Positions 18,138 through 27,680 of a DNA stretch of 30,878 nt are shown in pieces. The translations under genes and the position numbers were made by a program. A model generated the notes under the pieces. The model was not told the DNA's origin, did not search any database, and was given only the letters and a program-made list of their open reading frames with translations. Source of the DNA: a virus. Lineage: Duplodnaviria > Heunggongvirae > Uroviricota > Caudoviricetes. The first letter of the stretch is position 1. Every line of letters starts with the position of its first letter. Location: positions 1-30,878 of the IMG/VR virus record IMGVR_UViG_2534682158_000010. One strand, 5' to 3'.

Positions 18138-21114
18138 TATTTAGCTCCTTTGCCACACCTAATAACAGTTCCAGCAATCCGTCACCATTCATCAGTGATG
18201 CGGCAGCGGCCTCTTTGTCATGATACAACTGAAGAGCCATAGAGAATACTTCCGTTGCTGACGTTTTGGAAATAGTCGGTGATTTCTGCCGAATTTTCCC
18301 GGTGTTACTTACTGAGGCTGGCGGGTATACCTTCGCCATATAAATATTACTCAATCGAGATCTGAAGCACCATTCAGGCTTGCCACGCCCACCGATATTA
18401 ACGAAAGATGGCTTATCCCCTTCAACATTGGCCTTCAGGAATGACCGGGCTTTCTCTAACAAACCAGGGTTACTGTACTCAAGATGATGACCCAGCTCGT
18501 GCCACAGTGCACTTGCATTTTCATCGTTCAAATTGACAGCAACAACACCATTAATATTTGCATATGCCCTTCCCTGGTGGTGAACCACCTTTGATAAGGT
18601 CGAAATTTTACCGCCGGTCAGGCGATAAATATCAGCAAGTTCCTTGCGCAGGTCTATCCCACCATTCTGTCCAGCGCGGGCTTCTTCCACTTCTTCCGTG
18701 ATAAAAGAGTCGGCCCACTCAAGAGCTTTTTCTTCAGATACGGATGAGTTGGCGATCGCACTGTTCATGGCAGATAACACTTTCTCGTGGACCGAACCCA
18801 TACTTTGCTGATTCATTTGCCAGCGTGTCTGCGGGTTATATGAGAATCGCTTAAGTAGTTGGTCAAGATGCTCAAGTTCTTCTTCGCTGACATACTTTTT
18901 AGCCTCACCAATAATGCCGGGGAGAATATTGCCGTTAGGATTAAACGCTCGCGAAAGGAAGAGTTTCAGCGCCCCCATGCCCTCCGATGCTTCAATATCA
19001 CCAATAACACGGTTAACAATGGCCGCACTCTTCGGATTAGCATCCGCCAACGCTCTGGCTACGATTTGCAGGGACGATACGACCTCACGCTGCATATCAG
19101 TCCTGATCTCATCAATAAACTCTGGCGTTATGCCGTGCTCTTTAAGGATATCCCTGCCTTCCGCCGTTACCCCATCGATATCACCGACATGTTTATTAAC
19201 CTGACTTTGCAATGCCTTAAATGCCCTCAGAATTCCACGGGCATCATCAGCTTTACTAACGGCCTTCCTGAATGCTGGCAAGAAGTCAGAGTTAACCTCA
19301 TTTTGTTGATCGGCCCACTGAATGGAGGCTTCTTTCATCTCGTCCAGAGTCAAATCACCCAACGCGGTATGGTCTGTGAATATGAGCGACAACCTCTGAA
19401 CCATTTCTGCCAATGGTGATGCCGAATGCGCCGCGCTAAGGAATGCTTTCACCCTGGTTGGGCGAATGGAAAACCAGTCAATAGCTGGTGGCATATCTCC
19501 GTTTTTTATCGCCTGCGCTATCTCGTCAAAGCCATCGCGCCCAAGGGAGGATGCGTGATTTAACAAGCCGCGAAGTAACGAATTGCTGATACCGAATAAT
19601 CGGCACCATTTTTTCACGTCGGCAACAGGCATTCGAACAAAATGCGCAAGCACTTGTACAAGCTGTTCATCCTGGGGATCTGTACGGGAAAGCAGCCTGA
19701 TCAGATGAATAATGTCTTTGATGCCGGATGCCCGATGTAATAGCAAACTGGTATATGGAGCAACACCATTGTAACTACCGCCGGAAACGGACTCGAAAAG
19801 ACCGCCGGATATCCCTTGCATGCCTTCGTTTTCCAGTTCCTGAGACACCTGGCGAAGGATATCCTGTAACGACACATCACCACCGCCAAACATATCCCCC
19901 AGCGCCTGGCCCTGGTGCTGTAACTCATCATTGATACGTTGAGCCATCAACTTAAAGGCGGAGGCCATACGCTTCGCGCTACGGTTATTCGCGACGATGA
20001 ACAACGCGAGTGCTTTCACTTCCGGGGCCGTTTCGCTGAACATATCCCCCTGAGCAATAACATCGGTAATATGCTGGCCTGACTCCTTCGATTGCCTTAC
20101 CAGGTCTACCGCATCTTTCAATGCCGCCAGCGCCTTTTTATCGAGGCTATCCGCTGTCTCAATGCCATCAACAATAGTTGTCACAGCCTGCTTGTGCGCT
20201 TCTCCTGATAAAGCCTGCATCTGGACAAAATCATTGGCTGCCGCATTAAGCGCCGTCAGAACATTACGCATGTCCGGATCAGGTTCTTCTGCAACCATCC
20301 TTACCAGGCGCGCATCCTTATATGCCTTGGCAAAGATCGCGTTTTGTATACGGTCTACAAGTTGCCGTGTTGGTCGCCCATCTTCAGTTACAAGGCCAGC
20401 CGCCTGTGTGGCACCAACTTGCGTCATAAATCCGCGAATAAACGCGTCATTACTGCGGCTAAGCAGATCTCCGCTTTCTGACGGGTTAAAAAGCGCCATC
20501 ATCGCCGGTGTTATGCTGTCGGCATCAACAAAAGCCTTTTCACTGGCTGCCATTTCCTGAAGATCAGAAATATTTGAGTCCTTGGCAAACTGAACGCGGT
20601 CAACCTTGGTTAACCGGCGGCGCACCAGTACCGGAGCCGTCATTGATTCAACCTTTTCAGGTCGTATGCCGAATTCGGTCGCATGATCAATCAGGTACTC
20701 ACGATACCGATCCGCATTGCCGTCCTGATAGGCTTTGATGATCCCCATGGTCCGTCCATTACCTGACTCAACGGCATTGTCCTCACCAATTATCGGCGCA
20801 CCATGGCTGGATAAACCGGAATCAGTAAGCTGAGCAGGCCGCAAATCTTTGGATATCTGGTTAACCTGAAGAAGGCTGGATGCGCGGGTCCGGTCGCGCG
20901 GCTGAAGTTCCTGGGGATAGTCAGGATTAATTTTCCCATCCAGAGTATTGGATACCAAAAGAGCTGAGGCATCGACGATATCAAACGCTGTTTTTACCTC
21001 GTCTCCCTTCGCTGTCACCACATACGAAACCCGCCCATAACCGGGCAGGTTCTTTAGCAGCTCGATCAGCGTTTCTATGCTGGTGGCCATTACCACCTGA
21101 TCGCTTAAGCTCAT
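18127..21114 (-). CDS. ddrB: DdrB-like large Dar-operon protein (995 aa)
   Basis: Position downstream of darA and ddrA in the same strand; assignment by operon synteny with P1, not by motif. Confidence 0.75.
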   Translation of the reverse strand: MSLSDQVVMATSIETLIELLKNLPGYGRVSYVVTAKGDEVKTAFDIVDASALLVSNTLDGKINPDYPQELQPRDRTRASSLLQVNQISKDLRPAQLTDSGLSSHGAPIIGEDNAVESGNGRTMGIIKAYQDGNADRYREYLIDHATEFGIRPEKVESMTAPVLVRRRLTKVDRVQFAKDSNISDLQEMAASEKAFVDADSITPAMMALFNPSESGDLLSRSNDAFIRGFMTQVGATQAAGLVTEDGRPTRQLVDRIQNAIFAKAYKDARLVRMVAEEPDPDMRNVLTALNAAANDFVQMQALSGEAHKQAVTTIVDGIETADSLDKKALAALKDAVDLVRQSKESGQHITDVIAQGDMFSETAPEVKALALFIVANNRSAKRMASAFKLMAQRINDELQHQGQALGDMFGGGDVSLQDILRQVSQELENEGMQGISGGLFESVSGGSYNGVAPYTSLLLHRASGIKDIIHLIRLLSRTDPQDEQLVQVLAHFVRMPVADVKKWCRLFGISNSLLRGLLNHASSLGRDGFDEIAQAIKNGDMPPAIDWFSIRPTRVKAFLSAAHSASPLAEMVQRLSLIFTDHTALGDLTLDEMKEASIQWADQQNEVNSDFLPAFRKAVSKADDARGILRAFKALQSQVNKHVGDIDGVTAEGRDILKEHGITPEFIDEIRTDMQREVVSSLQIVARALADANPKSAAIVNRVIGDIEASEGMGALKLFLSRAFNPNGNILPGIIGEAKKYVSEEELEHLDQLLKRFSYNPQTRWQMNQQSMGSVHEKVLSAMNSAIANSSVSEEKALEWADSFITEEVEEARAGQNGGIDLRKELADIYRLTGGKISTLSKVVHHQGRAYANINGVVAVNLNDENASALWHELGHHLEYSNPGLLEKARSFLKANVEGDKPSFVNIGGRGKPEWCFRSRLSNIYMAKVYPPASVSNTGKIRQKSPTISKTSATEVFSMALQLYHDKEAAAASLMNGDGLLELLLGVAKELNNAD

Positions 21115-21126
21115 CCCTGTTACGCC

Positions 21127-21492
21127 TTATGCTGCCTCTTTAATGTTGGCGGCTATCCATGCCGCCGTGTGCTGTTTAACCTGGTCCAGGTCGATGTATG
21201 TGCCAACATATTGACTCAAATCCTGCAAGGTACCGATAAATGCATCGGTGCTCTGATCGACGAATTTATCAGCCAGGAAATCAGCAACCAGTTTTGGCAC
21301 ACCATCATGTACCGAAGGTTGTTTTTCCTCGCCACTACTGCCGCCGGACACACCGTACCCCATCTGTTGCATGATCTGGTCAATTTCATCGCTGATATCC
21401 AGCAACTCCATGCCACTCGCGGTAGCCGCTTTGGACATCAAAGCATCCAACTTATCGCTGAGATCCATTAACTCAATAGCTGATAGTGTCAT
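21127..21492 (-). CDS. ddrA: DdrA-like protein (121 aa)
   Basis: ATGA start/stop overlap with darA; size and position as in the P1 darA operon (recalled). Confidence 0.7.
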   Translation of the reverse strand: MTLSAIELMDLSDKLDALMSKAATASGMELLDISDEIDQIMQQMGYGVSGGSSGEEKQPSVHDGVPKLVADFLADKFVDQSTDAFIGTLQDLSQYVGTYIDLDQVKQHTAAWIAANIKEAA

Positions 21493-23408
21493 GCCGCTAC
21501 CCCCGCTTTCTGGATTGCTACCAGCAGATCAGCCAAGTGGCGAGCAGCGCCATTAACCAGCTCTTCGTTTTCCTCAAAACGCCCGGCAGCCTGAAGGGCT
21601 GCAATCGCTTCCCGGACATTACCCCGGGCGTTACGGATCTCCGCCATGTCAGTGCTTTGCATATCCATCACGTTATTGAGATATTCAATGGCTTTATTAG
21701 CCTCTGCATCTGCTTCGCTAACCGTTTCATCAGGCTGTGCCGGGGCAGGTTCTGGCTGAGTAATCTCACCGACTTCGGCCTGCAATGCATTGATCATGCT
21801 CTGCACCATTTTCTCGGTGCCAGCGCCCCCCGGAAACGCAATATTGGGGAAAGTTTTTTGAAACTGAGTTTTCAGCATTACGCGGAACTCGTCTGGTGAG
21901 CTGGTGGCCAGCTCCAGAGCTTTTTGTGCATATTTGCCAAACGGACCATTAGTAAGTGTCTTCGCCAAGAAGTCGAAAGAATCCTCGCGAGGCAATAACT
22001 TCAGGTCGTACTCACTCATTTGCTGATCAGAAAGCGGGGTATCGTAAGTAGCAATGCCGTAGCGTGCATATTCATAATACGGGTCACCTTCATCAGGGCG
22101 CGGCAGAATTGCTTTGTTACCTTCAGGTATTGCGCCAGGGGCCGCCGGACGCATTTGCAGGGCATATCGATATGCACCTACAGAGATTTCTGGTTCAGGC
22201 GAAGAGCTACCGGTATCCTCCGCTGGTTCAGGTTCGACGTTTTCCGGTTTATGTTCTTCTGGTTGGACCAGGTATTCCGATACATTACCCGCTTTATAGG
22301 CTTTAAACAGCTTGCCGATCGCATCTGCCATGTCCACACCCTGTATGGATTTAGCCTTGATCATGTACACGCTGCCATCCGAATCGGTTAACTGGATATA
22401 CCCTTCACCGTCCTCAATGAATTGCTTCATTGATGCACCATTACTGAGCGTCACTTCCCCGTTCATATGCATACGATTTTTGATACTTGCAAGGCGATCC
22501 GTCATCGCGCGAGAGTGTCCACCAGTCATCCCCGCAGGAGCAATGGTTTCGCGCCCACCAGTTCGATTGAGCTGATCAATCTCCGTCTGCAAACGCTCAT
22601 TCTCTTCATAAAGAGAATCCGCTTCCGATGCAACAGCGTTAATTTTCTGCTCCAGATCTACCTTCTGCCCTTCTACCGCTGCCACCTGATCCGCGAGGTC
22701 GCTCATGGCATCCTCTTTCTGGTCACTGTCAGCCTGTAGTTGGGTTATTTCATCAACCAGGGCTTTTTTCTTCTTCTGCGCACGCTGGAATTTTGCCGAG
22801 TTTTTCTCTGCAAGGTTGGCAAGTTTCATGGTGACCTGCGCCAGCGTCATATCACGTCCACTCATCGGAGCAACGGTATGAGTAACGTCTTTTTTATTCA
22901 GTAAGAACTGGAAAGCAATCAGCGTATCGCTATTGGTGATCCGGTTTTCCGCTGTCGGGCTATGAAACAGAATGCTGATAGTCTGACCATCACTGAGCGG
23001 AATAATGGCTGGCAGGACCGGCAGCCCGTTAACGTTACGTGCCCGGCCAATTTCAGCCCCGCCGATCGCGCGTGCACCGTTCTGGGCCACATCCCCCGTT
23101 TTATCACTCCCCGCAGAGATTCCGGTACCATTCAGCTTCTGGTTCAATGCCCGGACAAATGCCTGCATGGTCCGGTGTAGCTGCAAACGAGTAGAACTAA
23201 TCGCCTCCAGTAAATCCGTAGCACACCAGTGGATCGGCGTGTCATAGAAGAACGTAGCCTCGATTTCCTCCAGGGTGTTGGATTCCGTCATCAGATAGCG
23301 GTCCTCACCGGCCATTAATGCGCGATATTCATCATCAGTCACTGGCGGGGGAAGCACGTCAAGCCCAGGTTTGATCGTCACCCCTTTATTGATATTGAAC
23401 TGTTCCAT
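21489..23408 (-). CDS. darA: DarA, virion-associated antirestriction protein
   Basis: 639 aa, matching P1 DarA as recalled; internal region shares the KNSAKFQ block with the upstream Hdf-like protein; AGGA SD. Confidence 0.85.
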   Translation of the reverse strand: MEQFNINKGVTIKPGLDVLPPPVTDDEYRALMAGEDRYLMTESNTLEEIEATFFYDTPIHWCATDLLEAISSTRLQLHRTMQAFVRALNQKLNGTGISAGSDKTGDVAQNGARAIGGAEIGRARNVNGLPVLPAIIPLSDGQTISILFHSPTAENRITNSDTLIAFQFLLNKKDVTHTVAPMSGRDMTLAQVTMKLANLAEKNSAKFQRAQKKKKALVDEITQLQADSDQKEDAMSDLADQVAAVEGQKVDLEQKINAVASEADSLYEENERLQTEIDQLNRTGGRETIAPAGMTGGHSRAMTDRLASIKNRMHMNGEVTLSNGASMKQFIEDGEGYIQLTDSDGSVYMIKAKSIQGVDMADAIGKLFKAYKAGNVSEYLVQPEEHKPENVEPEPAEDTGSSSPEPEISVGAYRYALQMRPAAPGAIPEGNKAILPRPDEGDPYYEYARYGIATYDTPLSDQQMSEYDLKLLPREDSFDFLAKTLTNGPFGKYAQKALELATSSPDEFRVMLKTQFQKTFPNIAFPGGAGTEKMVQSMINALQAEVGEITQPEPAPAQPDETVSEADAEANKAIEYLNNVMDMQSTDMAEIRNARGNVREAIAALQAAGRFEENEELVNGAARHLADLLVAIQKAGVAA

Positions 23409-23409
23409 G

Positions 23410-24012
23410 TTAATTTCCTGCTTTCAGTTGCTTAAGACGGCGTTTGAGTTCGCCATTTCGGGCCTTTTCGTTATTGAGTCGGCCTGTCTCCTTATCCAGC
23501 TTCGCCCGCAAATCAGTGATCTGCTGTTGATTGAAAGACACCGAGTTCTGCGCTGATTTATAAGCGGCAACCACCTGAGCATTCCGCTGTTTTGCCTCTT
23601 GCAGGCGCTGAAAGTTGGATTTTACTGCCGGTTTCTTGTCTACCGGATTGGCAACACGTTTCGCTTTGGCGATCAGTGATTTCTGGAATTTTGCGGAGTT
23701 TTTGCGGGCCGCTTGCCCCATGACGGTACCAAGCGTCTTGATATCCGGCGACTGAGCGTTAGGAATAGCTTTTCCATTCAGCCTCACAGACGATATATCG
23801 CCAGTATCGTTTACCTGTATGGCAAGAATTTGTCCGTCGTTAAGAACCAGCTTTGCGGTTTTAACTTTAACGCCATCTTTCGTTGTTGCGCGGTTGCTGG
23901 AGTCAACCTCAATTACCGTAACACCGGTTTTATTGATCGCCGCGATAAGGGATTTCAGCCCCTTTTCATTAACCTGGTCAAAATCGACCGTTGCATACTT
24001 ATTTTTCGTCAT
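23410..24012 (-). CDS. hdf: Hdf (homologue of a DarA fragment)
   Basis: Directly visible similarity to an internal DarA segment (GQILAIQ / GQTISIL and KNSAKFQ); ATG 24012 with AGGA SD preferred over ATG 24021. Confidence 0.8.
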   Translation of the reverse strand: MTKNKYATVDFDQVNEKGLKSLIAAINKTGVTVIEVDSSNRATTKDGVKVKTAKLVLNDGQILAIQVNDTGDISSVRLNGKAIPNAQSPDIKTLGTVMGQAARKNSAKFQKSLIAKAKRVANPVDKKPAVKSNFQRLQEAKQRNAQVVAAYKSAQNSVSFNQQQITDLRAKLDKETGRLNNEKARNGELKRRLKQLKAGN

Positions 24013-24442
24013 CTGACACATCCTGTGCGAGATTTATTACGTAACTTCTGCGGATTTGCTGAGTAACAGGGAAAATCCGATACAACGGGTTAATGAACGA
24101 GTCGCCATGCGTAACCATGACGTTGAAATGCCACAGTCGCTCTCCTTTACCCATATATTCAGTGGGTATGTACAACCATTCACTGTTTTCGCCCTGTTCA
24201 GCCGACGTCAAACAACGTTGTTCGCCTTCAATCACTGTCGTCGGCTTCTGAACATCGCGGATCCAATATCTGACCGTTGCGCCGCGCAAAAACGGGAATT
24301 TAGACCGGTATTTGAACGGCACCCGGATGAAACCCGGTTTAATTTCCACATCACCAAGTTCTAAATGCGTGATGTCCTTGCGTTTTAGCAAATAGCGATC
24401 GGCTAAGGCTAACGCAAGAACGCATACACCCCAGCCAATCAT
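23999..24442 (-). CDS. lydB: LydB-like lysis regulator (antiholin)
   Basis: 147 aa; ATGA overlap with lydA stop; position between the holin-like gene and hdf. Confidence 0.7.
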   Translation of the reverse strand: MIGWGVCVLALALADRYLLKRKDITHLELGDVEIKPGFIRVPFKYRSKFPFLRGATVRYWIRDVQKPTTVIEGEQRCLTSAEQGENSEWLYIPTEYMGKGERLWHFNVMVTHGDSFINPLYRIFPVTQQIRRSYVINLAQDVSDDEK

Positions 24443-24768
24443 TTCCCGCCTCCCTTTTTCACCAAACTTGTAAGAACATTCAGAATGCTATCGATATTCA
24501 CTCGTTTCATCCCTGAAATCACCTCATGACCGTTATTGCTGGCTATCGTTACCATTAAGTACGTAATTGATAACTCCCAGCCCTCGTGTTGCCCCAATAG
24601 GTACGCCACCGCGCCAGCTGTCACTGCAACAAAGATCTCCGTAACCAATCCCAACAAATTGCCAGACTGGCGACCGTCTCGGACATCCATCAGGAACGTG
24701 CCTATCCCACCAATTACTGAAAGCAGGAGCGCAATAGCAACTGGAGCTAATTCCTGTGTGTCAAGCAC
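24439..24768 (-). CDS. lydA: LydA-like holin
   Basis: 109 aa with hydrophobic transmembrane segments (VAIALLLSVIGGIGTFL, IFVAVTAGAVAYLL) and charged C-terminus; GTG start with AGGAGG SD. Confidence 0.8.
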   Translation of the reverse strand: MLDTQELAPVAIALLLSVIGGIGTFLMDVRDGRQSGNLLGLVTEIFVAVTAGAVAYLLGQHEGWELSITYLMVTIASNNGHEVISGMKRVNIDSILNVLTSLVKKGGGK

Positions 24769-24842
24769 AAGTTCCCTCCTACGTTGTCAGGAGGTAATGG
24801 TATGCAAAGTAACTTCTCAACCGGTTATGTTGCATAAGAGAC

Positions 24843-25106
24843 TTACCTATTCAACCGACTTTTGGAACCTTCAATAATAAGCCTGCTATTGGCGCTGAAA
24901 ATAAGAACCATGCAGCTCTGAAGGCTTTCATTCATGTCCTTATATTCCGCGAGATACATGCCAATAAAGCCAGCAAGTACGGCGGAAATACATTCGGCCA
25001 GCAATTTCTTGCATGAAGACTCGTAACGGTTTTCACATAGCCCACTCAAATACGAATACACCCCACCAAGAAGGGATAACATCACGATATGTACATAAAA
25101 TGTCAT
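24843..25106 (-). CDS. Hypothetical small membrane protein (87 aa) upstream of the holin
   Basis: AGGT SD at 5 nt; two hydrophobic segments; possibly a further lysis-cluster gene. Confidence 0.4.
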   Translation of the reverse strand: MTFYVHIVMLSLLGGVYSYLSGLCENRYESSCKKLLAECISAVLAGFIGMYLAEYKDMNESLQSCMVLIFSANSRLIIEGSKSRLNR

Positions 25107-25233
25107 TTTTTACCTATACAACAGTAAGTTGAACAACATTTGAGAACGGTATGCACTTTGTGATTTCCACACACACTGGTTTTGTTAATTAAAACCTGTA
25201 GCTTGCAATAAATAACGATAGTGGGCAGAAAAT

Positions 25234-25420
25234 ATGCTAATAGGCTATGTACGCATATAGACAAATGAACAAAACACAGCTATGCAGTGAAAAGCACTTG
25301 AAAGCGCAGGATGTGAGCTAATTTTTGCGAATAAGGCGAGCAGCAAAAAAGCTGGGCACCCTGGGTTAAAAAAGGTTCTGCGTATGCTTTCCAGAGGTGA
25401 TACCCTAGTCTCGGACTAGG
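25234..25420 (+). pseudogene. Decayed 5' remnant of a Cin/Gin-family serine invertase gene
   Basis: Translates to MLIGYVRI*TNEQNTAMQ*KALESAGCELIFANKASSKKAGHPGLKKVLRMLSRGDTLV with in-frame stops; the catalytic serine codon is replaced by a stop; homology ends near 25420. Confidence 0.6.
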
Positions 25421-25541
25421 GACAACATTTCGAGAACAGTTTTCATTAGCGGCCAGCAGGCGCTAGATACATCGAATTGATGTGCCGCGCGATAAATGTA
25501 CCTATTCTATCAAGATAAATTACACCGACGCGGCATTAGAA

Positions 25542-26114
25542 TTACAGCTCAGATTGAGTTTGGCGCTTCTCTACAGGATGATAACGATAAATCGTCGATA
25601 CACCGATATCGTAAATAATTGCCAACTGTTTCCTGCTGTAGCCATTTTCGATCAACCTCGCTATTTGCTCATGTTGTTCTTTTGTCAACTTCGGGCGACG
25701 TCCGCCAATGCGTCCCTGTTCGCGTGCAGCTGCCAGTCCGGCCAGTGTTCTCTCAACAATTAATTCACGTTCCATTTCTGCTAAAGCACCCATGACATGA
25801 AAAAAGAAACGCCCCATGGGTGTTGATGTGTCAATACTGTCTGTCAGACTACGGAAATTAACACCTTTTTCCCGCAACTCCTCTATAAGCGTGATAAGGT
25901 GTTTCATACTTCTGCCAAGCCTATCCAGCTTCCAGACAACCAGCGTATCTCCTTCTGATAACGTTCTGAGCAGCTTTTTCAAGCCTGGTCTGGCTGACTT
26001 TGTTCCGCTTATTTTATCTTCAAAAATCAGTTCACATCCTGCGCAGTTCAGTGCATTTCTTTGTAAATCTGTGTTTTGGTCATTTGTTGACACACGAATG
26101 TAGCCAATTTGCAT
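25542..26114 (-). CDS. Gin/Cin/Min-family serine DNA invertase
   Basis: 190 aa from ATG 26114 (AGAGG SD); catalytic motif IGYIRVSTNDQ, conserved core VVWKLDRLGRSMKHL...SLTDSIDTSTPMGRFFFHVMGALAEMERELIVERT, C-terminal HTH. Confidence 0.93.
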   Translation of the reverse strand: MQIGYIRVSTNDQNTDLQRNALNCAGCELIFEDKISGTKSARPGLKKLLRTLSEGDTLVVWKLDRLGRSMKHLITLIEELREKGVNFRSLTDSIDTSTPMGRFFFHVMGALAEMERELIVERTLAGLAAAREQGRIGGRRPKLTKEQHEQIARLIENGYSRKQLAIIYDIGVSTIYRYHPVEKRQTQSEL

Positions 26115-26168
26115 GAAAAACAACCTCTTTGTTTAGTTAAAAATACATCGTTGGTATAGGTAGGGATT

Positions 26169-26194
26169 AAGACTAAAACGTTGGTTTGGGGGAA
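26169..26194 (+). other. Invertase crossover site s1 (26 bp), at the 5' end of cassette B'
   Basis: AAGACTAAAACG-TT-GGTTTGGGGGAA; fits the Gin-family 12-2-12 architecture. Confidence 0.7.
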
Positions 26195-26653
26195 GGCTCA
26201 GCATTGCCCGTTGGCGTGCCCGTTCCGTGGCCCTTAGAAACACCACCAACGGGCTGGCTGAAATGCAATGGTGCAGCATTTTCTTCTGAAAAGTATCCAA
26301 ATCTGGCAAAGGTTTACCCCACCAATAAATTGCCGGATTTACGCGGTGAGTTTATTCGCGGCTGGGATGATGGGCGGGGGATTGACTCTGGCCGTAATTT
26401 ATTATCTGCACAGAATGATGCAATTCAGAATATTGTTGGTTCTTTCGGGCGTACTCAGCTTTTTAGAGATGTACTTAGTTCAGGGCCATTTAGTCAACAT
26501 GGTCAAGTATTATCTACAGGCCTAAAGGAAACGGAAATTATTGAGGGTTATGGCGCTTATAACTGGACATTCGACGCCTCTCGCTCAGTTCGTACAGCAT
26601 CTGAAACCCGCCCACGCAACATTGCGTTTAATTACATCGTAAGGGCAGCATGA
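26186..26653 (+). CDS. Silent tail-fibre C-terminal cassette B' (tail-collar domain)
   Basis: No genuine start (in-frame with the crossover site); conserved N-terminal GEGSALPVGVPVPWP...LPDLRGEFIRGWDDGRG and C-terminal RPRNIAFNYIVRAA. Confidence 0.75.
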   Translation: MGEGSALPVGVPVPWPLETPPTGWLKCNGAAFSSEKYPNLAKVYPTNKLPDLRGEFIRGWDDGRGIDSGRNLLSAQNDAIQNIVGSFGRTQLFRDVLSSGPFSQHGQVLSTGLKETEIIEGYGAYNWTFDASRSVRTASETRPRNIAFNYIVRAA

Positions 26654-26672
26654 AAACGTTGGTTTGGGGGAA
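26647..26672 (+). other. Invertase crossover site s2
   Basis: AGCATGAAAACG-TT-GGTTTGGGGGAA; spans the stop codon of cassette B'. Confidence 0.7.
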
Positions 26673-27167
26673 GGCTCGGCGCTGCCCGTTGGCGTGCCTG
26701 TTCCATGGCCCTCAGCCACACCGCCAACGGGGTGGCTGAAATGTAACGGAGCAGCATTTTCTTCTGAAAAGTACCCAAATCTGGCAAAGGTTTACCCAAC
26801 GTTAAAATTACCTGATTTACGCGGTGAGTTTATCCGTGGTTGGGATGATTCGAGAGGGATTGATACAGGGCGTTCATTGCTAAGTGGTCAGACTGCAACA
26901 TTTATTCGTACAGCTTTGCAGGATTATTACGGTGTCGATCTGACTACTAATGTCAAAGTAGGTATCGCTTATGCTACTGCTGATTCTGTTATAACTGTTG
27001 GAAACCCTGCTAATCCTAAAGCAGGAGATAATAGCGATTATGTTCCAGCATCAGCAGATAACTCCATAACAGGCACTCAAAGGACGGCAGAGGATAATTT
27101 TACCGGGGCATGGATATCAATGCGCCCCCGCAACGTTGCTTTTAATTACATTGTAAGGGCCACATAA
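26664..27167 (+). CDS. Silent tail-fibre C-terminal cassette E
   Basis: Same conserved ends, unique central region (QTATFIRTALQDYYGVDLTTNVKVGIAYATADS...). Confidence 0.75.
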   Translation: MGEGSALPVGVPVPWPSATPPTGWLKCNGAAFSSEKYPNLAKVYPTLKLPDLRGEFIRGWDDSRGIDTGRSLLSGQTATFIRTALQDYYGVDLTTNVKVGIAYATADSVITVGNPANPKAGDNSDYVPASADNSITGTQRTAEDNFTGAWISMRPRNVAFNYIVRAT

Positions 27168-27186
27168 AAACGTTGGTTTAGGGGAA
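27161..27186 (+). other. Invertase crossover site s3
   Basis: CACATAAAAACG-TT-GGTTTAGGGGAA. Confidence 0.7.
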
Positions 27187-27207
27187 GGCTCGGCGCTGCC
27201 CGTTGGC

Positions 27208-27675
27208 GTGCCTGTTCCATGGCCCTCAGCCACACCTCCAACGGGGTGGCTGAAATGCAATGGTGCAGCATTTTCTTCTGAAAAGTACCCAAATCTGGCA
27301 AAGGTTTACCCAACGTTAAAATTACCTGATTTACGCGGTGAGTTTATCCGTGGTTGGGATGATGGGCGAGGGATTGACTCTGGTCGCTCTATTTTAAGCG
27401 AGCAAGGATATGCAACGGAGGATCATGCTCACGGATTACCGTCAAAATCAACCGTAGCAACTGACCGCTCAATTAATTTCTACTTTGACGAGGCATGGGC
27501 TACTAGTGGTAATACGGGAGTTATCAGATGGGGGAACACAAGCGATGCAGGATTGCCAGCCCCTAATTATGGAACTTTTAAAACATATAAACAGTCCGTA
27601 GCTAATTTAGGTACTGCTGGCTTAGAAACCCGCCCTCGTAATGTTGCATTTAATTATATTGTGAGGGCGGATTAA
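27208..27675 (+). CDS. Silent tail-fibre C-terminal cassette D
   Basis: Open frame actually begins at the crossover site near 27175; unique central region (GYATEDHAHGLPSKSTVATDRSINFYFDEAW...). Confidence 0.75.
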   Translation: MPVPWPSATPPTGWLKCNGAAFSSEKYPNLAKVYPTLKLPDLRGEFIRGWDDGRGIDSGRSILSEQGYATEDHAHGLPSKSTVATDRSINFYFDEAWATSGNTGVIRWGNTSDAGLPAPNYGTFKTYKQSVANLGTAGLETRPRNVAFNYIVRAD

Positions 27676-27680
27676 TTATA

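Noticed and set aside
18859-20738. Plus-strand ORFs inside the ddrB region (e.g. 18859..19419, 20162..20560)
   Set aside because: Antisense to a long, well-supported operon gene; no start signals.
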